Positions 18,843 through 28,866 of a stretch of DNA of 64,000 bases are shown in pieces. The notes under the pieces were generated by a model that was given only the letters and a program-made list of their open reading frames with translations, searched no databases and was not told the DNA's origin. Source of the DNA: a virus; IMG/VR virus record IMGVR_UViG_3300009160_000036, positions 1 through 64,000 of that record; one strand, 5' to 3'. Made by a program: the position numbers and the translations under genes. Positions within the stretch are counted from its first letter, which is position 1, and each line of letters begins with the position of its first letter.

Positions 18843-19490
18843 ATGGCACGTGGTTATTCCCAATCGAGGTCGGAAGATTTGCGCGAACGTAATGAGTTAC
18901 GTGAAGCCGACAAGCCCCAGACGCCCCCCAAGGGAATTAGCGCCAAGCAGATTGATTCTATCTCTGACCCCCTAATCAAGGCGTTGGTCAGACAATCTCC
19001 CATTCTTCCTTCCAAGAGTCCAAGAAATCCCGGAGATAAGGATGTTCTGCCTCTGGATGCCATCTTTGAGTCGGTTTCGGAAGCCATCCCGTCGACCGAT
19101 TTCCTTGAAAAGGAATACAGCAATCGAGCTAAGGCAGCCTATGCTGCTATTGCAACGGATATGCTTGAGCTTAACCTGCTTCAAGCGGAACGCGCTGGTC
19201 GCGTCCGGGCGGCAGCCGAGTATGGTCCCAAGGACGAGGAAGAAGTGGCGGCTCGTATGGACAAGCAAATTGCCGAAATCAAGTCGTCCCTTAAGGACAA
19301 CATCCGTGACCTAGATGAGCAGACGGGCGGCGAACTTGGCATTAAGAGCATGGTTCAAGACTTGGCATACCAGATTACCCAAGGCGTGAGAAACGGCCTT
19401 GAAAAGGGCAATGGCAAGAAGTATGCCCCCACCGAAACGAGAGAGCGCAAGAAGCAGCTCGACTCACTCTACAACTTTATTAGCCAATAA
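18843..19490 (+). CDS. MARGY-leader protein 7
   Basis: MARGYSQSRSE; TGGACA-N5-CA at 18821. Confidence 0.85.
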   Translation: MARGYSQSRSEDLRERNELREADKPQTPPKGISAKQIDSISDPLIKALVRQSPILPSKSPRNPGDKDVLPLDAIFESVSEAIPSTDFLEKEYSNRAKAAYAAIATDMLELNLLQAERAGRVRAAAEYGPKDEEEVAARMDKQIAEIKSSLKDNIRDLDEQTGGELGIKSMVQDLAYQITQGVRNGLEKGNGKKYAPTETRERKKQLDSLYNFISQ

Positions 19491-19493
19491 CCT

Positions 19494-19898
19494 ATGCAAG
19501 CCTGCGAAGAAGCCACACAGCTCATCATGTCCTTGACCGCGCAAGTTGCGCAACTCAAGCAGATGACCAGCGTCGAACACATCTCCCGCCAGCAGATTGT
19601 CTCTACCGGAGAGGACATCCTCCAAGCTTGGATTAAGGGCGAGAAGCATTCGCCTGTCCTACACGCTCGGTGGAAGGAAGCGACTGACCCAAAGACCATC
19701 GACAAGAAGTTTAAGCAGATTGCCAAAGAGTATGAGGCAAAGCTCGCCGAGGTTGAAAAAGCCAAAGGCGTCCTGAAACAGCACGAAGCCGACCAAGCAG
19801 ACCCCAAGATGCCGACGATTAAAGAACCGGCAGGCCCGCAAGAAGTCCCGTCGGACATCCCTGCTATTGAGCAACCTAAAAAGGGGAAGGGCAAATAA
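19494..19898 (+). CDS. hypothetical protein
   Basis: ORF filling the gap between MARGY genes. Confidence 0.65.
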   Translation: MQACEEATQLIMSLTAQVAQLKQMTSVEHISRQQIVSTGEDILQAWIKGEKHSPVLHARWKEATDPKTIDKKFKQIAKEYEAKLAEVEKAKGVLKQHEADQADPKMPTIKEPAGPQEVPSDIPAIEQPKKGKGK

Positions 19899-19899
19899 G

Positions 19900-20559
19900 A
19901 TGGCCAGAGGATACGGAAAAGCCGGCAGCGAATCCCAAGCATATGGCGGCAGGGGTTCTGGCGGCGTTAATTGGATTATTAGCAAGGATGCCCACGACAA
20001 TCGCATCGAAGACAACATCAAGAGCAACGCGTATGGCCCTACGCTCAGGGGCAACCTTGGCAACGATGTGGCTGTTGCCAAACAAGCCGTCTTAAAGGAT
20101 GCTCAACGCAAAGAGCTGATTGACCAGAAGTTTGAAGCCAAGGAGAAGGCCACCGCCCTCCGAGGAAAATTAAAAGACTTTGACTTTGAAGATGGAGACG
20201 CTGTGGATGCCGCCCTACCTCGCTATCCGGGCGAACACGGTAAGGACATCTATCAGATGTTTGACGAGTCTCTGGATAGCCGAACGCGTGCCGCCATTGA
20301 CCGTGATGAGCGCCGGCAAGCCCAAGACGATGGCGTCGGGGGTGGCGATGGATACTCCCGCAGAGCGGAAGAGTTTGCCAAGTTCACCAAGGAGCTGCTT
20401 ACGGAAAGAACGGCCACCACGTCTTCCTCTTTTCAGTATCAGCGAGACGGCATCGGTGGCATCATCGCCCAATACAACCGAGACATCTTCAAGCGAGAGA
20501 AGGACATCTTCAACGATGCGGAGAATAAGGTGTATCGCTCGCAGAACCCCGAAGCTTAA
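19900..20559 (+). CDS. MARGY-leader protein 8
   Basis: MARGYGKAGSE; true start inside track ORF 19867. Confidence 0.85.
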   Translation: MARGYGKAGSESQAYGGRGSGGVNWIISKDAHDNRIEDNIKSNAYGPTLRGNLGNDVAVAKQAVLKDAQRKELIDQKFEAKEKATALRGKLKDFDFEDGDAVDAALPRYPGEHGKDIYQMFDESLDSRTRAAIDRDERRQAQDDGVGGGDGYSRRAEEFAKFTKELLTERTATTSSSFQYQRDGIGGIIAQYNRDIFKREKDIFNDAENKVYRSQNPEA

Positions 20560-20562
20560 TCT

Positions 20563-21054
20563 ATGGCACGTGGCTACTCCAGTGCTATGACCGAATCGGA
20601 ACGCGTCATTACGGGCAAGAAGACAAAGCCTAGTGACCCGGCATACGAGCCTGTCCAGATGGATGGCGACTTGGTGCGCCGCAAGAACGGCTTCAAAGCC
20701 CCGCAGCTCCAACCCGACTTTAAGCCAGATAAAGTGTATGCGGAGATTGGAATGAAGTATCTCCGCGCCGACCAGAAGCTTACCGACCAATCCCCCTCCG
20801 AGAACATTAAGGAGAATGACCCCTATTGGTTCATCGCGGCCGCAAAGGAAACTCCGCGCCAGCGTTGGCTGGAAATCGGAGATGAAGGCATCCGTGCCAA
20901 CCTGCGTTCGGCTGGATTCAAGGATTGGGCTAATGTCGATGGAGTTGGACCTGACCGGTTGATGGCATCTTGGATGCTCAACTCGAAGTTCTTTGACCTT
21001 TCTGGCAAGGTTCCGGTGCAGATAGCGCCTATCCCGAAGACGTTCACCAAGTAA
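20563..21054 (+). CDS. MARGY-leader protein 9
   Basis: MARGYSSAMTESE. Confidence 0.85.
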   Translation: MARGYSSAMTESERVITGKKTKPSDPAYEPVQMDGDLVRRKNGFKAPQLQPDFKPDKVYAEIGMKYLRADQKLTDQSPSENIKENDPYWFIAAAKETPRQRWLEIGDEGIRANLRSAGFKDWANVDGVGPDRLMASWMLNSKFFDLSGKVPVQIAPIPKTFTK

Positions 21055-21465
21055 CTAAATCGGCAGCTCGGTCTTGGCGATGTGGTGCAGCTCCGAAATG
21101 GGGATGACCAGCATTCTGGACGCCTTATCGTCCCCGCCGTTTACGATGCGTGCTTTATAATCCGAAGGGTTTTTTATAGCTTTCCGGAGGAACGCCTTCA
21201 GTTGGACGGTAGGCCATCCATACATCCCGACAACAGACCCATCCTTGGAGAGCAATTGCACCCAGAAGTCAGACTCGGTGGTAGAGATGCCAGAGGCTTT
21301 GCCTCGGCACCAATACTCGAAGACAATGTTGCCCGTCGTAAACCATTGGTCGCGCTCGGTCTTGACCTCAATCTTCATACCGCCCGAAGTGCCTAGCATC
21401 TTCAACCATTGTTCGCCGGCTTGACCAAACTTTAAGTCGAGGTCGAACTTTGGATTCCAGCTCAT
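21055..21465 (-). CDS. PD-(D/E)xK-like nuclease-fold phage protein
   Basis: KFDLDL.FGQAGE...IEVKTE...TGNIVFEY. Confidence 0.6.
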   Translation of the reverse strand: MSWNPKFDLDLKFGQAGEQWLKMLGTSGGMKIEVKTERDQWFTTGNIVFEYWCRGKASGISTTESDFWVQLLSKDGSVVGMYGWPTVQLKAFLRKAIKNPSDYKARIVNGGDDKASRMLVIPISELHHIAKTELPI

Positions 21466-21508
21466 TGTGTCTTGACGAGTGGTATGGTCGTTTGTTCACT
21501 ACTTGTCA

Positions 21509-21769
21509 ATGGAAGAAGAGCGCAAAACGCGATTGGAGAAAATGGACACCAAGTCGCTGAACAATTACAGGTTCATCCTACAATCCATAGCGGGGGACAT
21601 CAAGCTTACCGAGAAGAACATGAAGCTGCTTGTGAACCAGAACACCTTGGACCTGACCCCGACGCTTTTATCTGGGACTGACACCGGAGCGCAAGAACGC
21701 GTCCATGCGGCGTCCACCGTCATCGAGGCTCTCAATAGGATACGCCAGCTCATTGACACGCTGCCATAA
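21509..21769 (+). CDS. hypothetical protein
   Basis: start MEEERK. Confidence 0.55.
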   Translation: MEEERKTRLEKMDTKSLNNYRFILQSIAGDIKLTEKNMKLLVNQNTLDLTPTLLSGTDTGAQERVHAASTVIEALNRIRQLIDTLP

Positions 21770-21773
21770 TCAA

Positions 21774-22556
21774 ATGGCGCGGGGTTATTCACAAAGCAAA
21801 AGCGAGCTTAACACCGATTATGGTCGGGAAAATCAATTGCTGAAAGAAGACCTTCCCCGGAATCCTATTATGAAGACCACCGTCGAGCAGGAGCGCGACT
21901 ATTGGCCGATGATTAGAAAGTTTTACGCCGATGAAGCCAAGGCAATAGACAAAGAATACAAGCCAATGGTAGCCAAGGTGAAGAAGCTCCCAGCCGACGA
22001 GCGCATTAAAGTAATGGGGGCTATTGAAAGATTGCAAGACCTAGTTGGGCAACATGTTAATCGCTACATGAGCGACATCAATGAGGGGCAATCTGGCAAC
22101 CTTGTTGAAATCAATCGGGCAGACACCTTAAAACAGAGGATTGTCGAGCGCATCGAGCAACTCCCAGAATGGGTCAGAAGCACGATGTATGCCCCGGCAG
22201 ATAAGATTGGAGAGCTTTCGAGGGGGGCAGATAGACCTACGCTTACTTCGGTTGAGGGCGGAGGCAATATTGGCTCATTTACCGACAGCCCAACCCAAGC
22301 TGCCAATTTTGGCAAAGGGACAGGGACTTATGGCATCCAGCGTTTCTACACAGCCAAGGACATCGACTCTTTTGACAAGATTATTGACCTCCAGAGAGTA
22401 GCCAGATTTGCCTATGCTTTTAGCGCCAATGAAGAGAACGACTTTATCAAAGAAACCGTTCGTGATGAGCGCGAGTATTTGGTTACTGGCATCAAGTGGA
22501 AAGAATCCACTTTAAAAGAGCAGATTGGGACTGAGCGGTCTAAGGCTACCATATGA
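21774..22556 (+). CDS. MARGY-leader protein 10 with ADP-ribosyltransferase-like C-terminus
   Basis: MARGYSQSKSE; LSRG...SFTDSPTQAANF...EREYLV fits the R-S-ExE pattern; TTGACA-N6-CA at 21753. Confidence 0.7.
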   Translation: MARGYSQSKSELNTDYGRENQLLKEDLPRNPIMKTTVEQERDYWPMIRKFYADEAKAIDKEYKPMVAKVKKLPADERIKVMGAIERLQDLVGQHVNRYMSDINEGQSGNLVEINRADTLKQRIVERIEQLPEWVRSTMYAPADKIGELSRGADRPTLTSVEGGGNIGSFTDSPTQAANFGKGTGTYGIQRFYTAKDIDSFDKIIDLQRVARFAYAFSANEENDFIKETVRDEREYLVTGIKWKESTLKEQIGTERSKATI

Positions 22557-22918
22557 CCACCCTTGGAGACTTTGCGCTCGGAACACCATCGCCCCGGAGG
22601 GCAGATGCCCGCCTTATCACCAAAATCGTAGATGGGGTAGAGTTCACAGGAAGCGTCATTATGCGGTGGTCGACGGCAGATACCCTTTACCTAGAAAGCT
22701 TGCGGGCAATCACGCGTGGCGGGGGCAAGACGACCTTGGACGCCGTAATAGAGGTAGCGGACAGGAATCAGGTGAACCTCGCCTTGTTCGCCCAGCCATA
22801 CGACGCAAACCGCTGCACAGTCCGGATGACCAAGAAGAAGCTCATCGCATGGTATGAGCGCTTCGGCTTCGAGCATAGGACCAACGGCTTTATGGTCCGC
22901 AAGCCGTTGACAAAATAG
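22553..22918 (+). CDS. GNAT-like acetyltransferase
   Basis: LESL...RGGGK..L..V...AD...LIAWYERFGF. Confidence 0.65.
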   Translation: MTTLGDFALGTPSPRRADARLITKIVDGVEFTGSVIMRWSTADTLYLESLRAITRGGGKTTLDAVIEVADRNQVNLALFAQPYDANRCTVRMTKKKLIAWYERFGFEHRTNGFMVRKPLTK

Positions 22919-22928
22919 CAAGATTACT

Positions 22929-23663
22929 ATGGCAAGAGGTTATTCGCAGGCTAAATCCGAGGAAAGCAGAGAAATGCGCCGTCAAGGCCAAGCTCTTATT
23001 GATAAGGCACAGGCTATTGAAGCCAAGGAGATGGCCGATAAGGTTATCGCCAAGGAAGCAAAAGCCCAAAACCTTGAACCGGGCCGCGACCCGATGCGTG
23101 CGCTCAACCAGACGGCAGCCCTATTGACGGCAGGACCTTCGGAAGAGGATAAGAATATCCGTGGTGGCTATGATGCCGAGAGATTCAACCGCCGGAAGGC
23201 CGATGCCGAAGCCCGTCTTATGAAGGTGAAGGAAGTCCTAGAAGCGTCGAAGAACAATAAGGAGTTCTTTGAGAAGCTGGGCGAAGCCAAGGAAATGACC
23301 ATCGAGGGCAATTACTCCGTCGAGAAAGGTCTTCTTTACAACGGCAACCTTGGTGGCAAGAAGCGTGCAGAGCAGTTCCTAGAATCGGTCAAAGAAGGAC
23401 TCAAGGAAGGTTCTTTCGGCGACGCGTTTCGTCAGGCCAAGGTCACGTTCAAGGGCTCCCGCAAGGATGAGGTTCGGGTGGACTTCCCGGCTGGGACCGA
23501 GCTACCTCGCCGCTCCGACCTACGCTCCGCAATCAGAAGCTTGGGAACGGCGATGACATACACGCAGACGGAGCAGTATGGCGATGGCTTTGGCCATACC
23601 CCGATGCCCAAGGTGACCTTCCGGGTCGGTGGCGAAGAAGTCGATACCATCGACTACATGTAA
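22929..23663 (+). CDS. MARGY-leader protein 11
   Basis: MARGYSQAKSE; TTGACA-N6-CA at 22907. Confidence 0.85.
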   Translation: MARGYSQAKSEESREMRRQGQALIDKAQAIEAKEMADKVIAKEAKAQNLEPGRDPMRALNQTAALLTAGPSEEDKNIRGGYDAERFNRRKADAEARLMKVKEVLEASKNNKEFFEKLGEAKEMTIEGNYSVEKGLLYNGNLGGKKRAEQFLESVKEGLKEGSFGDAFRQAKVTFKGSRKDEVRVDFPAGTELPRRSDLRSAIRSLGTAMTYTQTEQYGDGFGHTPMPKVTFRVGGEEVDTIDYM

Positions 23664-23757
23664 TTGGGCGGTTGCCCCATGCGCTCTCCACGCGCCACCC
23701 ACCGGGAAACCACCGGTCACCCACGCGCCAACCCTGCGCTCCCCACCCATGCCCCAC

Positions 23758-25035
23758 TTAAAGGGAAGAGCGGATGCGGGCCTCGGCTATCCGTAGGTAT
23801 TCGGCCTCTTTTTCGATTCCAACGTAACTGAATCCTTCTTTAAGGGCAGCTTTGCCGGTCGAACCTGACCCATTAAAGGGGTCGAGGACTGTCCCTCCCG
23901 GAGGGGTAATAAGCCTGCACAGATACCTCATCAGCTCCGTAGGCTTCACCGTCGGGTGGGTGTTCTTGCGTTGGGTGGCCTGAAAGCCATCCGTCATTGA
24001 AGTATCCCCTGTCCCGTTGCCGGTTCTCATGTGCGCGGGCTTCTCTTTGGTTTCCAGCTCGTCGCAACCCTCATCCCTATCCTTCTTGGTGGCTTTGGGG
24101 CAGTAAAAGAACCGGGCGGCTGAACCTTTGTCGCCATAAAAGGTCGCGCCATCATCGCCCCTTTGGGCATAGTCATTGTAGATACCATTGGACTCCCCTG
24201 AATGACCGCTCTTTACCGGAGCTGCCGCTCCAGCGTTGGAGGGAAATAGGTCAAGGACTTGTTGCGAGCCATCGTGCATCAGGTTGGCTGGGAAGCGACC
24301 AAGGTTTGACGATGAAACATCCTTACCTTCGTATTTTCCGTAAACATTGGCTGCCATTTTGTCAGATTTCCAAGTTCCTTTTCCTCCGAGTCTTGGGTCG
24401 TCAAAGGCAGGGTCTGCCGCCACCCGGCATCCATCTATGTTCAGCCCTCCTGTGCCATACTTCAGGACGTTCTCGGCCACAGTTCCCTCAACAGGCTTCC
24501 TCGCCAGCACAATAGGCTCATGGGCGGGCTTGAGCGCCGTCCCCCATCCGTCCCATTGTTTTGCGGCTTCGGTAGCCGGTGCTTTGTATTCATAATCACC
24601 ACTTGTATTGTTTTCGTTCCAACCGTTCTGGTCATCAAACGGTTTTACATTTCTTGACCTCTTTCCAATAACTTCGGTTCTTTCTACGCCCGCGGCTTTA
24701 TCCAGCGCCTTGCTAATGTTGTGTGACTTCGGAAAGCCAGAGCCATACACCCACATAAGCTGGTCACGCACCTCAAAGCCAGCATCCTCGATGGCAACCG
24801 CCATCCGGTGATAAGTTCTCGACCCTCCGAACGATAGGATATGCCCGCCGGGTTTCAGGACGCGGAAAACCTCTGCCCACATCGTTTTGTCATAAGCGAT
24901 GCCCGACGCATCCCAAGACTTTCCCATAAAGCCCAGCTCATAAGGCGGGTCGGTGACCACCGCGTCTATCGAATCACTAGGCAGGGTCTTCAAAACCTCC
25001 CGGCAATCACCCTCCAGCAGCTTGAAATCAGCCAT
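23758..25035 (-). CDS. N6A/N4C DNA methyltransferase (beta class)
   Basis: VTDPPY, HPTVKP, VLDPFNGSGSTG; start MADFKL. Confidence 0.9.
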   Translation of the reverse strand: MADFKLLEGDCREVLKTLPSDSIDAVVTDPPYELGFMGKSWDASGIAYDKTMWAEVFRVLKPGGHILSFGGSRTYHRMAVAIEDAGFEVRDQLMWVYGSGFPKSHNISKALDKAAGVERTEVIGKRSRNVKPFDDQNGWNENNTSGDYEYKAPATEAAKQWDGWGTALKPAHEPIVLARKPVEGTVAENVLKYGTGGLNIDGCRVAADPAFDDPRLGGKGTWKSDKMAANVYGKYEGKDVSSSNLGRFPANLMHDGSQQVLDLFPSNAGAAAPVKSGHSGESNGIYNDYAQRGDDGATFYGDKGSAARFFYCPKATKKDRDEGCDELETKEKPAHMRTGNGTGDTSMTDGFQATQRKNTHPTVKPTELMRYLCRLITPPGGTVLDPFNGSGSTGKAALKEGFSYVGIEKEAEYLRIAEARIRSSL

Positions 25036-25528
25036 TGGGCTTCCGCAGCAGAGGATTATGCACGTTAAAATACCAATCGGCGAGCAATAGGGCATCTGCC
25101 GTCTGGTTGGTCAGGTCTTTCCGCTCTCCATAATGCTCTCTGGCATAGATGGTCAGCTGCTTTTTCCATTCAGCGTGCTTGATTTCTCCGCGTTTGATGC
25201 CCTTCTCGTCCCGGATGTGGCGTTGCCACTCAACGGGGGTTACCTCTAATGGTCTTAGGTTCTTTGCCGCCAGATAGCCCAAGGTAATGCCAAAGGCTTC
25301 AAAGAGGACTGCGATGCGGGACGAGGGAATCATAGTCCCCATGAAGCGGGGCGGCCGCTCTATGACGACCTCTTGGATGTCCGCTGTGATGGCGAAGTGC
25401 CGGTCAAGGACAGGCTTCAAGGTTTCCATCGTATCCCCTGTTAGCTTCTCAAGGGTGTATTGGTGGGTCTTTAAATCCCAGACGCAGATGCCACCGTTGG
25501 CTCCGCTGTCGATGCAGATGAGTTTCAT
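25028..25528 (-). CDS. RuvC-like Holliday junction resolvase
   Basis: ICIDSGANGG, VVIE, P..WQ, ADALLLA. Confidence 0.75.
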   Translation of the reverse strand: MKLICIDSGANGGICVWDLKTHQYTLEKLTGDTMETLKPVLDRHFAITADIQEVVIERPPRFMGTMIPSSRIAVLFEAFGITLGYLAAKNLRPLEVTPVEWQRHIRDEKGIKRGEIKHAEWKKQLTIYAREHYGERKDLTNQTADALLLADWYFNVHNPLLRKPNG

Positions 25529-25689
25529 TTCTTTACTGTTATTAGGAGGCAGATATTGGCCACACTATAACATCCCCACATGACCGCAAGGGCATAACGC
25601 CCTGTGTAAACATTGGCTACGGCCGCAGAGAAGTATGCGGCAGAGGCGATACCCGGCACGATGACCGTGGTGAAGTATTCAATGCTCAC
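25525..25689 (-). CDS. small two-TM membrane protein (possible holin)
   Basis: GTG start coupled to the lysin stop; two hydrophobic helices. Confidence 0.45.
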   Translation of the reverse strand: MSIEYFTTVIVPGIASAAYFSAAVANVYTGRYALAVMWGCYSVANICLLITVKK

Positions 25690-26153
25690 CGAGGGGGCAT
25701 CTCCTTCATCTGTGTAGCGATGACCTTGATGGCGCGGTGCGTGCGTGCCGGCAGATTGTGATAGGAGTATCCTCCGTCCGCAAACTCCGAAGGGCCGCGG
25801 GCATAAGCCGCATAGATTTCCCAATAGACAGGCTTTCGGTTGAGCTTGGCTTCAAGGACACTCGAACACCAGCGGAGGTAGTCGATGGCATACTGCCTAC
25901 TAACGTAAGCGTCGTGGGCATAAGACCAAGGATACTGTTTCATCCCCTCGGTCTTGCGCACCTTGTTGGCTTGGTCCCAAGCTATTTTCCACATTTGATA
26001 AGCTCCTCTTGCCTTGCCGGAATCGCCAACGGCGTGAGGGTTGTTGTTACTCTCTGCAACCGCTACCGCATCCGCAAGGTTATGAAAATCGACGCCCCAG
26101 CCGATGATAGGTGTCATCAGAAATAGTAAATTAGTCAGGAAGTTCTTCGTCAT
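25686..26153 (-). CDS. lysozyme-like transglycosylase / endolysin
   Basis: AVAESNNNPHAVGDSGKARGAYQM; hydrophobic N-terminus; start uncertain. Confidence 0.75.
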   Translation of the reverse strand: MTKNFLTNLLFLMTPIIGWGVDFHNLADAVAVAESNNNPHAVGDSGKARGAYQMWKIAWDQANKVRKTEGMKQYPWSYAHDAYVSRQYAIDYLRWCSSVLEAKLNRKPVYWEIYAAYARGPSEFADGGYSYHNLPARTHRAIKVIATQMKEMPPR

Positions 26154-26451
26154 CGTCGTCAACACCTTCGAGCGCATCGTTAATGAGCTTCATTGTGTCA
26201 TCAAAGTCAGTCTGGTCCTTATCGGGGACATCTTCAACCTCTATTTCCACAATGCCCTCAACCATACGTCCGAGCTTACCGGCTTCCACCCTGTCTCCCT
26301 TTGCTAGGGCTATGTGCATTGCGAACCACAAAAGGTTTGTCGCCGCAGCAACGCTTGTGCTAATGTTGTCGTTATCAACAGGCTCGCACAAAGGAAGCAC
26401 AGTCTTGCCACCGATTTCCTGTGCCTCAAAGACAGAGATTTGACGAACCAT
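26131..26451 (-). CDS. hypothetical protein
   Basis: ORF with acidic tail. Confidence 0.6.
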   Translation of the reverse strand: MVRQISVFEAQEIGGKTVLPLCEPVDNDNISTSVAAATNLLWFAMHIALAKGDRVEAGKLGRMVEGIVEIEVEDVPDKDQTDFDDTMKLINDALEGVDDDDEELPD

Positions 26452-26521
26452 AATACCTTTTGCTTTCAGTCAACCTCTGATGTGGACGAAGTGGAGTAGT
26501 TCACAACCTCGCCAATACCGC

Positions 26522-26550
26522 TTGACGAAACTATGACAGATGAGCATAAC
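26522..26550 (+). promoter_or_regulatory. promoter TTGACG-N17-CATAAC
   Basis: directly upstream of the recombination operon. Confidence 0.6.
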
Positions 26551-26569
26551 ACTTTTTCCACAACCCAAT

Positions 26570-27418
26570 ATGTCCAACGACAACAACGGCGAAATCATCG
26601 AGGTCACTAACGCCAACCTCTCCAACGCTGCTCCTCTCGGAAACAGCATCTACAACAAAATTGGTGACCCCATCCAAGCCATCAAGGAGATGGGCGAGAT
26701 GATTGCTGGCTCTGGTATGTTCGGATGCACCAAGGTTGAGCAGGGACACGTTCTCGCTATGCAGTGCCTCGCAGAAGGCAAAGCCCCTTTGGAGCTCGCC
26801 AAGACTTACCACCTCATTGAGGGCAAGTTGACGATGCGTGCCGATGCTATGCTGGGTCGCTATCTCACGACCGGCGGTAAGGTGAAATGGATTACCCGCT
26901 CCGATGTTGAAGTGAAGGCTATCTGGTCGAAGGATGGCAACGACATTGAAATCTCGTCCACCATCGAGGAATACACGAAGAACGGTATCGCCTGTGGTAA
27001 AGATGGTCGCACTCTCAAAACCAATTGGCAGAAGTTCCCTCGCCAGATGCTCACGGCGCGAAACGTGAGCGAGGCTATTCGACTTCTCGCCCCTCAAATC
27101 ATCAGCGGTATCTACACGCCCGAAGAAGTGTCTGACTTCTCGTCGAATGACCGCCCCCTGCCGACCAAGGTGTATGTGGAAGCCCGCCCCATCATCGACG
27201 CCCGCCCCGATGTTGAAAACCCCGCACAGGTCGTCGTAGGTCGCTTGGATGACCTTCTGGAAAAGTATGAACCCGATGCCTCGGCTTACCTCCTTGAAAA
27301 GAAATACATCAAGGCGGGTCAGACTTATCGTGACCTCGATGCAATGACCGCACAGCGAGTCCTCGGTAATCCTTCCAAGATGATTTCCATCCTTGAAGGT
27401 CTGCGGAACAACCTCTAA
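26570..27418 (+). CDS. RecT-like single-strand annealing protein
   Basis: WQKFPRQML.AR..SEAIR...GIYTPEEV. Confidence 0.75.
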   Translation: MSNDNNGEIIEVTNANLSNAAPLGNSIYNKIGDPIQAIKEMGEMIAGSGMFGCTKVEQGHVLAMQCLAEGKAPLELAKTYHLIEGKLTMRADAMLGRYLTTGGKVKWITRSDVEVKAIWSKDGNDIEISSTIEEYTKNGIACGKDGRTLKTNWQKFPRQMLTARNVSEAIRLLAPQIISGIYTPEEVSDFSSNDRPLPTKVYVEARPIIDARPDVENPAQVVVGRLDDLLEKYEPDASAYLLEKKYIKAGQTYRDLDAMTAQRVLGNPSKMISILEGLRNNL

Positions 27419-27439
27419 TCTTCTCGCTCACCCAACGAC

Positions 27440-28345
27440 ATGAGCCAATACCCGACTACTGATAATTCCAAGCAGGACGCTCCCGCAGTTGCGGCGGGGG
27501 TGTATGACAACATCCAAGCAGAGGACTACCACCGTATCCTCGGCCTAACAAAGACCGGACTGATGATGATGAGAAAATCACCCGCACACTTCTGGCATTG
27601 GATGACCAGCCCCTCTGACCCTTCCACGAAGGCGATGCACATTGGCACTGCGACTCACCTCGCCGTGTTCGAGCCTCACAAGTGGGCTGACGAAGTAATC
27701 GTTGTCCCGATGGATGCTCCCAAGAAGCCGACCAAGGCGCAGATGGATGCCAAGAAGCCAAGCGAAGATGCGGTCACCGCTATCGCTTATTGGAAGAAGT
27801 TCCAAGAGGATGCTGGCACGCGTATCGTCCTATCACAAGACGAGGATGCGGAAGTGCGAGCGATGGCCGCTATGGTCAGAGCAAACAAGGAAGTTGTTCC
27901 TTACCTCACTCACCCCTCTGCCAAGATTGAGACGTCCATCGTCTCCGTTGAGAAGGTCAAGGGTCTGGACATTGTTTGCAAGGGTCGCTGCGACATGATT
28001 ACAATGGATAACACGGTCATCGTGGACCTGAAGACATGCGAAGATGCGTCAGCGGAAGGCTTCTCCAAGAGCTTTATGACGTATGGCTATTGGATGCAGG
28101 CAGCCCATTACATGAGCATCTGCCGAGCATCGGGTATTCCCATCGAGCGTTTTCTGTTCATTGCGGTGGAAAAAAATCCCCCTTACTGCACAGCAGTCTA
28201 TGAGCTTGACGATGATTCTTTGCAGAAAGCATTTGCAATCCGCGCACGCCTGATGGAAAATCTTTCCGACTGTATCGCACGCAATGAGTTCCCCGCGTAT
28301 CAAAAGGGCGTTAACGCCTTGACTCTCCCGCCTTGGATTAAGTAA
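27440..28345 (+). CDS. RecE/ExoVIII-like PD-(D/E)xK exonuclease (DUF3799-like)
   Basis: IGTATH, KGRCD, IVDLKT, YWMQAAHY, FIAVEK. Confidence 0.85.
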   Translation: MSQYPTTDNSKQDAPAVAAGVYDNIQAEDYHRILGLTKTGLMMMRKSPAHFWHWMTSPSDPSTKAMHIGTATHLAVFEPHKWADEVIVVPMDAPKKPTKAQMDAKKPSEDAVTAIAYWKKFQEDAGTRIVLSQDEDAEVRAMAAMVRANKEVVPYLTHPSAKIETSIVSVEKVKGLDIVCKGRCDMITMDNTVIVDLKTCEDASAEGFSKSFMTYGYWMQAAHYMSICRASGIPIERFLFIAVEKNPPYCTAVYELDDDSLQKAFAIRARLMENLSDCIARNEFPAYQKGVNALTLPPWIK

Positions 28346-28403
28346 TTTTACTCTCCCGCAAGGGGCAACCAAAACCAAAAAAACCAAAAAACCAAAAAAA
28401 CAC

Positions 28404-28820
28404 ATGAGCAAGTTCAAAGTGGACCTCAACTCCGGCGACCGTCCGGAACGCTTCTCCGAAGAGGGCGATTACACGGTCACCATCGCAAACGTGGAGCGCA
28501 ATCTGACCTCGCAAGGGTTCGAGAAGGCACTCATCACGTTCGTCGATGACAAGAACCGCAGCTGTAAGGACGACCTGCTGAACAAGGACACCGTTTACTG
28601 GCGTCTGAATCAGCTCATCGTCGCTACGGGCATGAAGGTTCCGAACGGTGCGGAGTTCGACTTCGCCAAGAGCGGAGAGTTCTTCAACTTCGTCAAGACC
28701 TTCGTGGGCATGAAGCTCACGGTGACCTTGAAGAAGGATTCCTACGAGAAGAACGGCGAGACGAAGACCTTCTTGAAGGTCAATCGCTACTCGAAGTCCA
28801 AAGAAGACGCACCCTTCTAA
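28404..28820 (+). CDS. phage ssDNA-binding protein (DUF669-like)
   Basis: EGDYTVTI start, beta-rich body, EDAPF tail; follows RecT/RecE. Confidence 0.65.
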   Translation: MSKFKVDLNSGDRPERFSEEGDYTVTIANVERNLTSQGFEKALITFVDDKNRSCKDDLLNKDTVYWRLNQLIVATGMKVPNGAEFDFAKSGEFFNFVKTFVGMKLTVTLKKDSYEKNGETKTFLKVNRYSKSKEDAPF

Positions 28821-28866
28821 TCACTTTCCCCGCAAGGGGAGGGTAGTGAAGTCGTTGTCATTACCG

